A DNA stretch of 63,703 nucleotides, the filler included, from Sphacelaria rigidula (Eukaryota), in NCBI GenBank assembly GCA_964200075.2. It is 7 parts of 7 records of this genome, joined end to end, with 100 filler letters (N's around TTAATTAATTAA, not from the genome) between each part and the next. Parts side by side here need not be neighbours in the genome. Positions count along the whole stretch, not along the records: positions 36,462 to 45,475 come from CAXNAA020009512.1; positions 45,576 to 54,589 come from CAXNAA020009513.1; 5 more parts are not named here. The stretch is one strand, 5' to 3'. The position numbers and the translations under genes are program-made. Every line of letters begins with the position of its first letter. The first letter of the stretch is position 1. The notes beneath the pieces were generated by a model. That model was not told the DNA's origin, did no database searches, and saw nothing but the letters and a program-made list of their open reading frames with translations. Of the stretch, positions 38,357-52,003 are shown piece after piece.

Positions 38357-38850
38357 CTCCGAATAGCTTGCCATTAGCACCATCTTGGCACATTCCACTA
38401 CCCTTCCCTCCGTTCACATCCAGTCTAACGGGTAAGGCACGGCTCTCTATCTGCAACGCCAGCTGTTGCACAGCAGCCACGGCATCATGCTCTTCCGACT
38501 CTTCCGGTAAATTTATCAGAACTGTTTTGGAGTCATGCTGATTGCTGTTTCGAGTCTCCATGGCACTCATCTCTGGACTACCGCCGTCAACTTCGGCCCT
38601 TCCACCCCCTTTGGACGAAAGCGGGCCCGGATTCAAACCGTCACCGAGTTGTTGAGTTTCCGCAAGGCCAGTACTATTGCTCCACCTTTGCTCTACCGTG
38701 GCGGGACCAAGATCTAACCCATCAACAGAAGACCGGATCGTTGCTGTTTCTGAGGGCTCAGCAACACATGCTACTTCGTCGTCGGTATTTTCCTCTGAAA
38801 TAGTAGCCTTGTGGTCACTCTGTTCAGCAGCAGCCATGATTTCTGGCGCG
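38357..38850 (-). CDS. Putative exon of an unknown acidic, low-complexity protein (MAAAEQSDHKATISEE...GKLFG)
   Basis: ~165-codon open frame, acceptor cttttcag| and strong donor GAG|gtaagt. Confidence 0.45.
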
Positions 38851-40560
38851 CTGAAAAGAACTCACGGTGTAGTACCTGTACCTTGCTCACTGGAGCGCTA
38901 CGAATATTCACCATTTCCAATTTTCCTCCCACTGTTCATCCATCACAACAGTCCTGGTTCATTCCGACGACCCGCGGTCAGAAGATACGAAAAGTACTGT
39001 AGTATTAGAGTATACAGTAGGTCCCCAGACAGCACATCGCAACCAATCCACGACCAATTTCAGTGGGACGGCAATCAGTATGCGCATGGATGCTGGTAAT
39101 GATGTACATGAATTTTTCGTTCACGAGCTGCCGGTATGAGGGACTGACTGCACAATATACTGTAGGTGAACCTTCAAGACGCGAACACACGACTGACGGG
39201 ACGATAACGCACTCGGAATAACTTCAACTTGCGAACTGCAGGAGTCAGGCGTGAACTTCTGCGATTTTTTTCAATTTTTGCACTCAACTGGATATCATCA
39301 CATACACATAACAGCATATGTATATATGGTCTCTGAGATGCAGGTGATCCATATCAACGATAACAATTGCACACATAGATAAAATTCTTAGCAAGACCGG
39401 TTAGACGGACGTCTGCGCCGCCGTTTAAAATTGACCACGTACGAAAGCACAGATGGTTCGAGTTCTCTCTCTCTCTCTCGAGAACGTGTCATTGTCATAT
39501 ATATACTCGGAGTCATATTCTGGAGCAATCGCAATGACTGGTAGACGTACAGCCGGCAGTACGGTCGAGTCTAGAAAACAAAAATAACTGAAAATAAATG
39601 AGCAAATAAGAATAATACATGTTGCGTTTTTTCAGTGTCAAGGAGAGAGAGCATACGCGGCCATTCGGCTCCTGGTTGAAAATCCTCCGTCATGATTGTC
39701 ATCTTCTGGAGGGGAAAATGGCCCTCCGGGCTGCTTTTGCCATCTTGCGGTTCAAGTGTCGTCCGGAGATTCAATGTGCGAACTCGGAAAATAAATTTAC
39801 ACCCTAGAGAGTATTGTTTACCCGAATTTCCCCAGAGGCACCCTCAGTGAAATTATGTGCTCACGGGAATCATGTGCCCTCTGGCGGCTTCGTTTACTGT
39901 CCACTCCAGAGGCATCATGAACCACCAGATGATGGTATTTCATCCAAAAGGAGAGCCATTTGTCCCAGAGGATGAAAATTACAATAATAAATGGAGGATT
40001 TTCAAGCAGGATCCGAATGGCCGGTGTGAGGCACTCTCGCGGTTAGTGGATCAGAGCTCTTTAGTATTGAATACTTGCAGAACGCAACAAGATAATGAAG
40101 GCGGAGCGCAATACAATGGAGACATTTCACTTCCCATGAAATATAATATTGAAGGAATGAAAGAAAAATAAGCGGGAAATCGACAGGAATGGCTCGCGGC
40201 GAAGAGAGACGCGGTGCGTACTGTCGTGTTACGTGTACGAAGTCGAGAAATAACCCAAGGCGAAAAAGACTAGCCCTCGACATTTCAACCGCCCCTAGCA
40301 ACCCCCTTTTCGAGGGGTAGCGTCGGTTAGCAATGGCGCTGTAAAACACGGCGGTATTCACTGCCTAAGCTAGGCAATCAGGTTATTACCGATATTCCTT
40401 GGTTCGCTTGCGTTTTTTGCGGAAACTCTGATTGATGATGGTGGTCAAGTTAGGTCACCTTCTGCGGAGTGGAGAACCTCAACTCCGTGAAAAAAAGGAG
40501 ATGATCGTACCACGTATAGTAGTGTTTGGATGTTGAGGCACCCATGAGGCAGTGTCAGCC

Positions 40561-40668
40561 GTGGCTGTCCCTGGAAGTGGCGATAACAGATAATCAAACA
40601 AATCATTCGTGGCTGTCCCTGGAACTGGCGATACTAGATAATCAAACCAATCATTCGAGGCTGCTACC
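40561..40668 (+). repeat. 48-bp tandem repeat, ~2.3 copies
   Basis: gtggctgtccctggaa(g/c)tggcgata...agataatcaaac(a/c)aatcattc is repeated. Confidence 0.8.
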
Positions 40669-40897
40669 AATATGCAGGATCACTAAAAGTTCACGGTCCA
40701 GGCGAAAACAATCTCGGGAGGATGCAGCCTATGTACGTACCCTATACTTCATGCGACTCGCCAAACACACGCACGGCGCTTCGCGCTTGGTGATTGCGAG
40801 CCTGGTCCGGCGAAAGCCCGGCGTGCTCCGTCTCGGCTTTGTAGGGGTGCGAGGTCAATGGTCTTATGACTACGGCATTCAAGATCATGAGGGGAGC

Positions 40898-41146
40898 AAT
40901 GCTACGGTAGGGGTGCACTTTTTTCGCGAAAATATGTCTAGTACGGGAGCTCGTAATGATTCTTCATGTACAAAAATATGGGTCAGGGCAACCCCGTTTG
41001 CAAATTCATTCGGGATATCCCCAGCACAATAGAGTAGTAATCCTGGCATACTTTCATATTTTTTCATAGGTCGTGTTTTGCATGAGATAGAGGGCTCCTA
41101 ATAATTCCAACCTCAGAAACTATTTGTGCACCCCTACCGTAGCATT
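40898..41146. mobile_element. ~250-bp MITE with 21-bp perfect TIR AATGCTACGGTAGGGGTGCAC
   Basis: The TIR pair is visible directly, and the same right end occurs at 9117-9166. Confidence 0.75.
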
Positions 41147-44100
41147 ACTCAGAGTACACTCCCCCTCCCCCCTCTTCCCAGCCAAGAGGCAACAGAAAGG
41201 GTCTGGGAAAGTACATGGGTCGCTATCGCCAAAGGTGCGCGCTCAAGCCTTTCCCCGAAACACGACATACAGCTTTGGATATCGAAAGAGGAACAGTCAA
41301 ATCCTCTCGAAAGAAAATACAAGGCGAAGGAGATGTCTCATCCATGGGCCCCATGAAAGAGACGCAACAATGACAGGAGACAAAAACGAGTGGTTCGATA
41401 TAATGGGAAGTACATGAAAACAAGTCCAGTAACAGTCCTATTCAAAGGGATACTTCATGCCACGCATGAAAAAGTACTGCAAGAGGTACTTTTTTCAGAT
41501 GATATATTGGGTTACTCCAACTCGTAATCCTTGGACGGCGGTGGGGGTATAGTCCATCTAGATCAAGCATACTTTTCTGAAGTGAAAATATTGATTCTGA
41601 TTCAGCAGGTGACCTACCCTCGCGGCCAAAGGGTTGAGCGCCCATGATGCAGCAGGCTGCATTGTTCTATTCGTTCGCAGGGGGTTCGAAATCATTCAAG
41701 GGTCGGACAAATAATGATTTGTCTGTAAATTACTTGGTTTTAGTATGACGAGTCGACTCGTGACGAATCAATCCCTAGGCTTGTTTTCAGCGTTGCAACC
41801 CAGACANNNNNNNNNNGGGCAACCAGGCCGAAGAAATCGTGAATTTGGTGATTTTGAGTCGTGATGATCTGTCCTAACCGTGAAATGATTGTTTCGGCGG
41901 AAGGAGAAACGCGTTGCTGGGTCACTGTCATGCACATAGAGTACAGTAGCTCGTGCCCCTCCTCATGCTTCCTTACACCATCGGTAATTGCTCTGCAATC
42001 GCTTATACATCACTGTTGACAGCATCAATGATATCGCCAAAGGGAAACGAAGGCGTACACGGCACAGCAATCCTACTCGCCGAAAGGGTTTCAGTGCCCA
42101 GACGTCCTGCTCGATCTTCGCCTATAATACTGCCATCCATGGGATTGCTAGGACTTGCAGCAGGTGGCGCGCGCTAACGACGGTCTCCGCTTCACAGGCG
42201 CTGGCGACAGCTGTACTTGTGGCCACGCTTGTTCAAAAATAGCATCAACACACGAGCAGAACGACGTTTACCCTCCTCCTTTACCATGACAAAGCGTTGC
42301 TGCACGTCTGACAGGTCAGGGTTTTTTTGCAAGAACTTACACCTAGCGCTCATATCCTTCTGGCGTACATCGACGCCTCCTGGGCCATCTTCAAAAACTC
42401 GGGACAAAAGTATGGGTATTCAAAAGGCGAAGGGGGCCAACAGTCCCAAGCGCCCGCCAGCGCCCGCATCACGCAAGTTTACTTGAATCGGCGCCTCTGC
42501 CAACGCAGACATCACCCGGGGCACATTACGCACCCATATTCATTGCCCGATTTCCCCTATGCAAGGGGCTGGGACTCGAGTCAGGGTTTGCGATTCACAT
42601 TTCTGAAATGTGTAACGATGAATTATTTAAACGAACTCGCGCAAACACGCCTCTTAACGAAGTACGGAGTACCCGTGGAAAGGAGACACCAACAGCGGAT
42701 ATACCGAGCAACGGCAAAATAAACATGTCATGAAAGGGCACCCGCGTGACAGCTCAATGAAGCTCAGATACCGAGACACCCACCCCCGTAGACCCAACTG
42801 TCGTGGTAGCTATGTATGTTTCCTTGGTGCTCGGCCGTGCAACCAACGCGAGCCCCTACTTTCCAGCCGCTCAAATTGCCCAGTCCGGGTTCGATTCTTC
42901 CCCTCCTTCCCCGTGTTTCCCCCCTACCAAGCATTTCTGAGTCACTTATGGTAAAAGCGAAGAGACGGTCAGTGCCGGATAAGAATCTCAAAGCAACGAC
43001 CTTCCATTCCCTGAGAGGCTCCTTGTCGACGGTCTCACAGCCAAGATATGCGAAGCAGGATGACCCCGGACACACATACATCCTTTCTCGGCTCAGCTCC
43101 TATGTTGCAGTTACTACAGCTTAGTCCACTATGTAGCTTTGATCCACCCTATCATCGCCCAAGCGCATGGCTTCCAGACTACGGTGTTTTTTTCTATTGT
43201 ACTTCACTACTCCCCCAAGGCGCTTTGCTCAACAAAAACAGACAAGCCCCCTCCCCGGGTTCGCACACAGCAGCTTTAGTCCTTGTGAGGGCGGAGGATG
43301 GTGGTTCGCGATGTTTTGTTGATGCGCACATCCGGGTTGGTCAACAGCGTCGACAACCCCCAGTAAGTGGTGAACATGACGGCACCTGTAATCACGCCTA
43401 TGACCGGCCACGCCTGGCATCAACACACGAAACAGGACAGAAAGATGGTATCGATTAGGAACTTGGCGCAAGTTTTCACTGTCACACAGAGAATCACTCG
43501 GGCCATGAAAACGAAAAGCAGGAAAAGGTGCTCACAACTGGATCATTATTATCATTGTTATTATAATACTCGTCACACTAGATCTCTCGAACCCGTGGTC
43601 ACAGAGTGCAAGGAGCATACCATCCATACCCATAAATCAAACATCCCCCTAAGGCAGGAAACAAAACATCTACACGAAAAAGGGCACCTGCACTACGATA
43701 GATCCCTCTAAGACTGATTGAACTGCAGGATCATGGACAGGTTCATTCCAGGTTGAAACCACGAACAGCAGCAGTAGTGACACTACAAGTAGATCCCCTT
43801 CAATCGTGTAGCCAATCTGGAGTGCGCCGCGAGCTCTGATCGGTCATCTAGGCACTCTAATAATTTCCAACCATTAATACCCTTGAACAGCAAACACGGC
43901 CTGACGGCGGTACCCGATGGTAGCACTTTGAGGAAAAAACTCGAAATTCAACACACGAATCGACGCTTGATTACGATGAAAAAATGTGCGTGTGTACTTG
44001 ACTTCAAGGCAAAAACAACAATACCTGTTTCGGCTCATAATTCGTCATCGTCTCAAACCACAACCATTTAGGACGATGCATGAGCTGGGCCAGCCGTAAC

Positions 44101-46157
44101 ACGTGCATATGCCTAGGCACACAGTAACTTTCGTCAGTTTCCCGAATCAGCCCGACGCAAGTATATCTCTGTGAACTGCAGACCAACCTGGTCATCTTCT
44201 GCACGCAAGTGAACAAGTCGTGCCCGACGCACTCAAAAGTTCTTTTTGTTCCATGGAGCCATGACATTTTGTATATTTTCTACTGAAATTTGAAATTGCT
44301 CTAGCTTTCTATATTTGTTTCTCGTGCTTCGAAAATGTTCCGCGTGTCGATAATAAAAATCTCGTGCTCAACAATCGCTTTACTCGTAGTATTAAGCGGA
44401 GCGTCCCTGCCAACCCCGAAAAAACTGGTGGCCGGCCCAGCTTGTAAGGATTCTTGAGGCCCTCGGGAATCTAAATGTCGCGGATTTACGTTCGATGTTC
44501 GACTGTTGCCTGAAAATTGATGAGAGGTGTAAATTGATCGTTCCCAGGTCATCGGCGAAGTAGTTTTCTCGTTCACGTCTTGCTCCGAAAATGGGGGCTG
44601 CTGGTTTTCCGGAAATTCAGTCGAATAGACCCAACTCTAAGAAAGAAAACTACTTCGAGGGCGACCTTACAAGAATTGATTGCACCTGTCCTCAAAATTC
44701 CAGCTTCAAGTCTCGAACCCGATCAAAAAGAGCCGGGGTCGCGCTTTCTTCGTGTCAAGTGACGAGACCAGCTTGTGCAAGTATCCATGAAATATGATGG
44801 GAACAACTTTTGAGAAGCAACGTTGGGCTTATTTACCGTAAAACCTTCACGTGACAAGGGTGAGTTTGCCCCGTCACAACCCACCCGACTCTGCCATGTA
44901 GAAAAAAAATCGCGGACGCGTTTTTTCTTTTTACAACATCAAAACACGGCTCTGCACTCGTACATGAATAATTTGCAATCGAAATTGAAAATAACACGAC
45001 GACAGTTACACCGTATTGTAAATGAGCTGCCAGTGCAATTTTGAAGATTCTACATGACTCACCCCTTTGTCGGATAGCCACTTTTCCTTGAACTGATCGG
45101 CGCCCGACGCCGACGACATGCCCCTGGTGAGAATCAAGTGCATGACGCAAGCGACAAATAACGATGGAACAGCAAACAACATCGTGGAATCATCAACCAA
45201 TGCCTTCATCCGTTTTCAAGTGAATATTTTGGGGACGTTTCTGCGAGAGGACTCCCTGATATCTGGTCAATCGGATGAATACACACCAGTCGCCCACGAA
45301 TATGGTATTCAAGTGAGAGCAGTATAGCAATGTACGATGCGAAATGACGACATGGTGATAACACGAGGAGAAGAAAGAAAACACGACAACAATGAAAACC
45401 AGCACTCATCATTTCTGGGGGATAGAAGCCGGTCGCCCCGGTGGCTCAGTTGGTAACCTCGTAACTTTCTGATGTNNNNNNNNNNNNNNNNNNNNNNNNN
45501 NNNNNNNNNNNNNNNNNNNTTAATTAATTAANNNNNNNNNNNNNNNNNNNNNNNNNNNNNNNNNNNNNNNNNNNNCACAACATGATCTAGCTCGACTACC
45601 ATCATGGTTACCGCAAAAAAACACGCAAGCCCCCAAAAATAAAAACGGTAACCTGGTTGCCTAGCTTACGCGGTGAGTGGCATGTTTTATAGCGTCATCG
45701 CCAACCGACGTCAACGCCATCGGGGTGGAGGGGGGGCACAAAATGGAAAACATCGCCGCTCACTACTGTCTCGCGCATTTAGTATTGTGCGTCACCCCGC
45801 TGCGAGGAATCCACTCCACTTCCCCGACCCGCTCCAGCACACTATTAAAACCGAGTTTGGCAAGCAACCATGCCAAAAATGTTCAAAGGAACACGATACA
45901 AAGCGGTTGCCCGATGGTGGTATTTGGGGGAGGAAATTACGTCGTGTTTTTGCACCTTTTCGTGCTCAAGGAGATTGTTGGCTACGTTAGTGGATGTCTC
46001 CGAAACCTGTACGTGTGATAAATAGATGAATCCTAGCTTATCGGGGGAACGTGGCTACATGTCCCCTGGGGCGATTGTGCAGGGGCCAAAGACGCGTGAT
46101 CCGCGGTACTTTATTTATGCGGGCCCAGACTGCTTGCGTTCTTGGGGGGGGATGGGG

Positions 46158-47337
46158 GGCAATTGCCTAGAAAAGGTATACCTTCTCGTTTCTTGCCTAA
46201 GAAAGGTACGAGAAAATGACCCGAAACGCGAAAACAGCAGAACACACTCTCTAGACAGTCTTTGCTCCGAATTTTCACACACATCAATCGGAGGGCTCCT
46301 CGGCACCCGGGCCTCGAGAAACAAACAAACAGAAAAATATAAAAACATGTTACTCGCGATATACAACCATGCGCGAAAGGACGCCTCGCCTCCAGAAACC
46401 ACTCACCCTTTCCAGGCCAAATACCCACCAGGTATATACCTGATCCAGGAATTCCTTTTGAATAATACCTTCATTTCGGCCACCAGTCGGCTGAGCAAGT
46501 ACCTGTCCTGGGCCATCGCTTGCTACAGTAATACCTGATACGGCACACTGCGCGCAAGGAAGTCCCCGCGCTAACTCCAACCATGGCGCCCATACATGCG
46601 TGTCTTTCCTGCTCATTTCCCATTATTGGACGCCACAACAATCAGCCATCGATGATATGACAACCGTTCGTTGGTGACGGGAAGAGCCTAGCTTGACCCT
46701 CACACCAGCCCCGAGATTGCAACAGTACGATGTTATATAACAACCCCCCGCAAGCACAAAAGACCGACGCGTTGTGAGTCGTGAGTCCAGTTCTTGTGTC
46801 GATACGGAGAGACTCGGAATCCATTTCCGGGGAGAAGAGGGGGCGTGATTGTTGTGGCGTGCGCGAACGACAAGTGAGCGGGAAAAGAGTCGAATGTATG
46901 GGCGCCATGGTTGGAGTTGGCGCGTGCACTCCCTTGCGCGTAGTGTGCCGTATCAGGTGGCAGTGTAGCAAGCGATGGCCCAGGACGGGTACTTACTTAC
47001 TTGCTCAGCCGACTGTTGGCCCAGATAAAGGTATGATTTAAAAGGAATTCCCGGATCAGGTGTACCTGGTGGATATTTGGCCTGGAAAGGGTAAGTGGTT
47101 TCTGGAGGCGAGGCGTCAAGCCGCGCATGGCCGTATATCGCGAGTAACATCTTCTTCTTTTTTCTGTTTGTTTGTTTCTCGAGGCCTGGGTGCCGAGGAG
47201 CCCCCGATGAATATGTGTGGAAAATGCAGAGCGAAGACTGTCTAGATAGTGTGCTTTGCTGTTTTCGTGTTTCTGGTCATTTTTTCGTACCTTTCTTGGG
47301 CAAAAACTAGAAGGTATACATTTTCCAGACAATTGCC
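46158..47337. mobile_element. Foldback/Mutator-like element with ~490-bp imperfect TIRs
   Basis: 46158-46647 is the reverse complement of 46843-47337, termini GGCAATTG/CAATTGCC, no clear TSD. Confidence 0.75.
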
Positions 47338-47732
47338 ATTCTTTTTTGCCTTCTTTTTTTGCCTTCTTTTTTTGCTTCTTTCTTCTCTTCTTTTCCTTTT
47401 TTCTTTTTTTCTCTCTTCTTTTTCTCTACTTTTTTCTCTTTTTAGTTTTTCAAATATTTTCGTGTTTCATCTTTTTTTCTCCCCCTCCCAAATGAGTACG
47501 CCCCCCCTCCCATTGACGGCTGTTGCTTTTTGTTCGGACAGGACACCGGCAGTTCTTCTATTGAGCAGTATGGGTGTCTGTGTGTTTTGTTTCGTTTTGT
47601 TTTGTTTTGTGCTGCCTGTATACCCTTTCCACAGTACGAACAGCTTCGGCGTTTCATCTTCCCCCCTCTGTCCTTGTTTACAGCATGACATTTCACAGCT
47701 CCCGAAAAACCTCTACTTGTTTTCAACAACAG

Positions 47733-47852
47733 GCCTCCTCGCGGCGTGAGGAGAGATTTTTTGGAAGATGACGGGCTAAGATACGGGAAATTTGACCTCC
47801 ACTTCGCCGTCGACCTCCTGGAGTATGTATTCAAGATCGAGTACCAACGAGT
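47733..47852 (+). CDS. Putative exon PPRGVRRDFLEDDGLRYGKFDLHFAVDLLEYVFKIEYQR, unknown protein
   Basis: Acceptor ttttcaacaacag|, donor gtgtgagt (exon end 47850 or 47852) and an open, coding-like frame. Confidence 0.5.
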
Positions 47853-49269
47853 GTGAGTGTCGTTTTGTTGTTTTCCTCTCCTTCATTCGTGTACTTTTTA
47901 TTTTTTTTATTTTTTCTTGTCAACCCTTCTGGAACCCAGTCCGAATTTTTGTTTATATGAATCGGCATCATGTTGACTTGAAACTGCTTGAAAATGATGG
48001 CGATTCACAATAACAGAAATCCTCCCTGTGTTCCGAAAGGGTACCACCATAGTACAGTGTGTTGTGTGAAGCAAGAAAGAGTTTTGGCGACTCAAAATTT
48101 TATGAGAGACGCTGACAAAAGTCGTGCTGACAATTGGCAAGAACAACATTAAAGAAAAAACGCGTCTCTGCATCTTTCCAATACGAATATAAATAGCACT
48201 GCATCAAAATTTCACGTCTGGCTCGTCCAGTATCGTAAAGGTCAACTTCCGAGTAAATTTTCGCCATCATCTTATCGGCTGTTTTTTTTTTCGTCTTGAT
48301 TTTTTTAATCGATACCAGTGTATGTGTTATGGTCTATTCTGTCAATCAGCTCACGGTGGAAAGTTTCGCGACTACTACTACTACTACTACGTGGCGGTTA
48401 TTGGGATAGGATATTTTGTGCGGGTCGAAAGATTCTGTAATTTATTCACACGTCGGACGGATCAGCTCGTCCCAGCTCCGGGTTAGCTCATTTGGGGCAT
48501 AGATCATGATCTGTCCGACGTGAGCTGTCACCCGTACACTTTTGTCCGATGCTGGTCCGTAGGACCCGCTTGCCCCGTACATGTTTGCCGAGAGACGAGC
48601 TGTACGATCTGCTTCACACACACACTTTCGTGCACAACTGATTTGCAGACCCATGTCTTCTGTACAACATCACTTATATGTGATTATATCACTCGGATCA
48701 GGCAAGCCCAGGAGCTTGTCGTCGACCTGTTCAATTCGAATATCATGAGCACCAAAAGCTAGTCCTTACCTGTGGAGTCCGAAACTGTCATCTGGCAGTG
48801 CGAAGCGTTTCAGTGCAGTAGAACGTAAGAGTAGGGTTTGCCCCTGTCTGTGTAGTTGTATTTTTTCATTCAGAGCACCCGGCAATTGCGCAGTATTTAC
48901 GATGTATAAATATGGAAGGCTATTTTATTGATATTTTAGCACACTGTTGTGTATATTGTATGCGTCCTGCGACCCCTCGTTTCTTGTTTTTCCTCATTTT
49001 CGTTATTTTCCTGCTTGTTTGCTTGCACGTGGAATATTATTGCGTTTAATGCTCATCTTCGACATGAAACAAAGTATACCTTCAAATGATGATCTAATAT
49101 TTATACCCACACACCAACACATCAGAGAACATGGGAATAATTTATTCGAATCGGTCCAAACACGCAATTCAGGGGTAATCAGGGTATTAATTCTTTGTGA
49201 AAACAAGACGTGCCTGCTCCGACAGCTTCTGGTCTCAGCGTGAGTTGGCACCAGCTGCTGCATCGTCGG

Positions 49270-49533
49270 GAGTGTATCGCGTTCGGTAAATACCGGGTAT
49301 ACCCCCGGTATTTACCGGGGTATCCCATACCGTGGTATGCGTAGGTATCGTAGGTATGACATTTGAAAATACCGGATTTGGCAGGTACGGTAGGTATTGA
49401 AATCTCGAAATACCCTGGTATCGTAGGTATCGTAGGTATGACATCTGAAAATACCGGATCAGACCGGTATCGGTAGGGGATGATATGTCCCAAATACCAG
49501 TACCGGGTACCTACCTTACCTACGGTGCTTGTG
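49270..49533 (-). mobile_element. MITE rich in TACC/GGTA subrepeats (terminus CACA(A/G)GCACCGTAGGTAAGGTA)
   Basis: The same terminus occurs in + orientation at 36305-36361. Confidence 0.6.
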
Positions 49534-49554
49534 CAGTATTCAGCAATCCTCGGC

Positions 49555-49962
49555 ACAATGCACATGCTCACCAGCCCGCATGTTGGCTGTAGCAACCCGG
49601 GCATATGGAACATGAAGTACGTACATTTTATTCCGAGTGGTTTTACGGTAGGGCTGCATATTCATTCCCAAGATGTGCACTGTCGGCGCGTCCGAATGAT
49701 CATGAAAAAAAAAGTATACAGTAATCCTCATGTGCTAAACTGGCCCTGGTACAATGTGCATTTCACAAGTCCGTATGTTGACTGTAGCAACCCGGGCATA
49801 TGGAACATGAAGTACTTACATTTTATTCCGAGGATTCCACGGTAGGGATGCATATTTATTCCGAATGAAGCATACAATGAACAGTATTCATTATTCCTCA
49901 CCTGCCAACCTGTATGGTCCTGGTACAATGCGCATGTTCACAAGTCCGTATGTTGACTGTAG
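49555..49962 (+). repeat. Tandem duplication of a ~175-195-bp unit (2 full copies plus 1 partial)
   Basis: acaatg.gcat.t.ca.aag.ccg.atgttg.ctgtag starts at 49555, 49751 and 49925. Confidence 0.8.
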
Positions 49963-49984
49963 GTATATTTGTTGGCGCTAGTCC

Positions 49985-50190
49985 GATGATAACCTGTATA
50001 ACCCGTGCGATTCGTACACATATGTCTGATGATGACCTGTACTTCTCGTGCGATTCGTACATATCCGTCTGATCATGATCTGTATGACCCGTGTGATTCG
50101 TACATATAAATATGTCGGATGATGATCTGTATGATCCGGGTGATTCGTACATATCCGTCTGATGATGATCTGTATGACCCGAGTATCCGT
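49985..50190 (+). repeat. ~40-bp minisatellite, ~5 copies
   Basis: gatgatgatctgtatgacccgtgtgattcgtacatatccgtct is repeated with variation. Confidence 0.8.
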
Positions 50191-50653
50191 ACATGAAGTC
50201 CTTGGGCACACCTACGTAATCCGAATCAGGTGTACACGAAAGTCAAGAAGAACCTATGTATCCTTACAACCCGTACAAAATATCTCCCTTCTGATGGATG
50301 ATATCCGGATCACGAGGACCGTTCCATAACTAGTTGAACTTTTTCACCCGAATCGGGTACACGGGTGTGTTCACACTTGCGCTGTATGACCCGCACCCTA
50401 TAGAAAGTGATCCGTCCGATGTGTGAATAGATTGTAGCGTACCGCACCACTGATGAAGATCCCTTCAAGTCGAGTATGGGACATCACGGAGGGAATTCCG
50501 CCAACAACACGCACGCACACTATCCGTAGCTGCACGATATCAACGAGGGTGTGTGTTCTTTCCGCCCTCTCCTACACTCACTACTACTACGCTCTGACAG
50601 TATAAGCCATGCACCATGACACACGCCTCTTTATGTATCATCTCAGTCCTCAG

Positions 50654-50860
50654 GTGAGCAAGCCTGCTAGGGGCCAGAAGCGACGACAGGCAAAGAAGGA
50701 GCGGAGACTGGAACTACAGGCGGTATCACAAGCGCTGGGGGAGCACGGCATGTCCGCGTACGGAATGACGGACTTGAAGGGCTACAACGCCGCCATAATG
50801 CTGCCTCGCAGGGACGATCTTGTCAATGACGGAGAGGTCGGAAAGTCTTTACTCACAAAG
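50654..50860 (+). CDS. Putative exon VSKPARGQKRRQAKKERRLELQAVSQALGEHGMSAYGMTDLKGYNAAIMLPRRDDLVNDGEVGKSLLTK, unknown protein
   Basis: Acceptor cctcag|, donor AAG|gtgacc, 207 bp (69 codons), GC-rich. Confidence 0.55.
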
Positions 50861-50868
50861 GTGACCGC

Positions 50869-50869
<1 letters not shown>

Positions 50870-50934
<65 letters not shown>
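50870..50934. repeat. (TTA)~21 microsatellite, probably the tail of a minus-strand retroposon
   Basis: Followed by gatctctcgaacccgtggtcacaga, which also follows a degenerate TTA tract at 43545-43605. Confidence 0.8.
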
Positions 50935-52003
50935 TCCGCACATTAGTCCGATCTCTCGAACCCGTGGTCACAGACGCAGGTTCATATTTCCAACACCGTC
51001 CCTGGTATTCTTTACAAGACATGGAATCATCCATAATTTTTATTTTCTGAGACACCAGCCTGATTACAAGAACAAACGTAATCAACTAAAATATTACCAA
51101 CATGAAGATGAGAAGAGAGACGCCAAGAAAACAAGAGAAGTAGCTTCCCCGAGGTTTAACGGGGCGAAAAGAAGGGCAAAAACAAAACTTCATTGTGGGT
51201 TTATTCTTGAGTCCGGGGCAGGTAGCCGGCTCTCCCCTCTACGATCCGCGGTTTCATCCATTGCAGCGGACTAGTTGATGTTTCTTGTCTTTTTTTTTTT
51301 CCCCACACGAAGGAATAAGGCAATCTCACCAAGCACTTACCTCGCGAGCGGGTTCGTGCGCCGATTACCCCGAGGCTCGGCGAGACCACCGTGTGGCCGT
51401 CATATTAGGGTAGGCGCCTCGAGATTTCTGAAAGTGTGGGAGTTGAACCCACTATACCTAACCCTCTGTCGACTTGACTTCGTTCCTAGATTAGTTGATG
51501 ATGTGCCGCAAATGGACGAAATCGACCCCTCAAAGCTTGTTTGTTCTTGGTGCGTTTTATATTTGTTCGGTACAGCCGCATAAGATCTCGAGTAGTTCAA
51601 CTCTTCTGGAACCGAGTGACGATTTTTGTTTTGTGAATCGGCATCATTTTCAGTTTTTTTCAAGCACAAAATGATGCCGATTCACGAGAACGAAAGTCGT
51701 CAACGGGTTCCAAAAGGCGCATATAATTTTCCGATAGCGTCTTATAAATCTAGGTGACTGGTACTTCACTGAAGCACCGTACACATTCTTTTATGGGTCC
51801 GAGATGGGTCCCGTCCAAACCGTTTGCTGGTCAACAAGCGATGATGTTGAACGTGGGACGCTATGCAGTGCCTCCTCTCACACCCACTCCTGCGGCATGG
51901 GATGGTGCAACACAGAAGCCGAAGTGCAAATAGCAATCGCTGTGACACAAAGGTGGCGATCCCAAGTTCCCAAGTTCAAGAGACGCAACTTTTCTTGAGG
52001 CGC

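Noticed and set aside
41950..42720. Possible coding remnant in overlapping short ORFs
   Set aside because: No recognisable motif and no consistent splice or frame structure.
49985..50190. CRISPR-like array
   Set aside because: Simple degenerate minisatellite without spacers.
50609..51274. 221-aa ORF with a poly-Leu 'transmembrane' segment
   Set aside because: Read-through from an exon into an intronic (TTA)n microsatellite.
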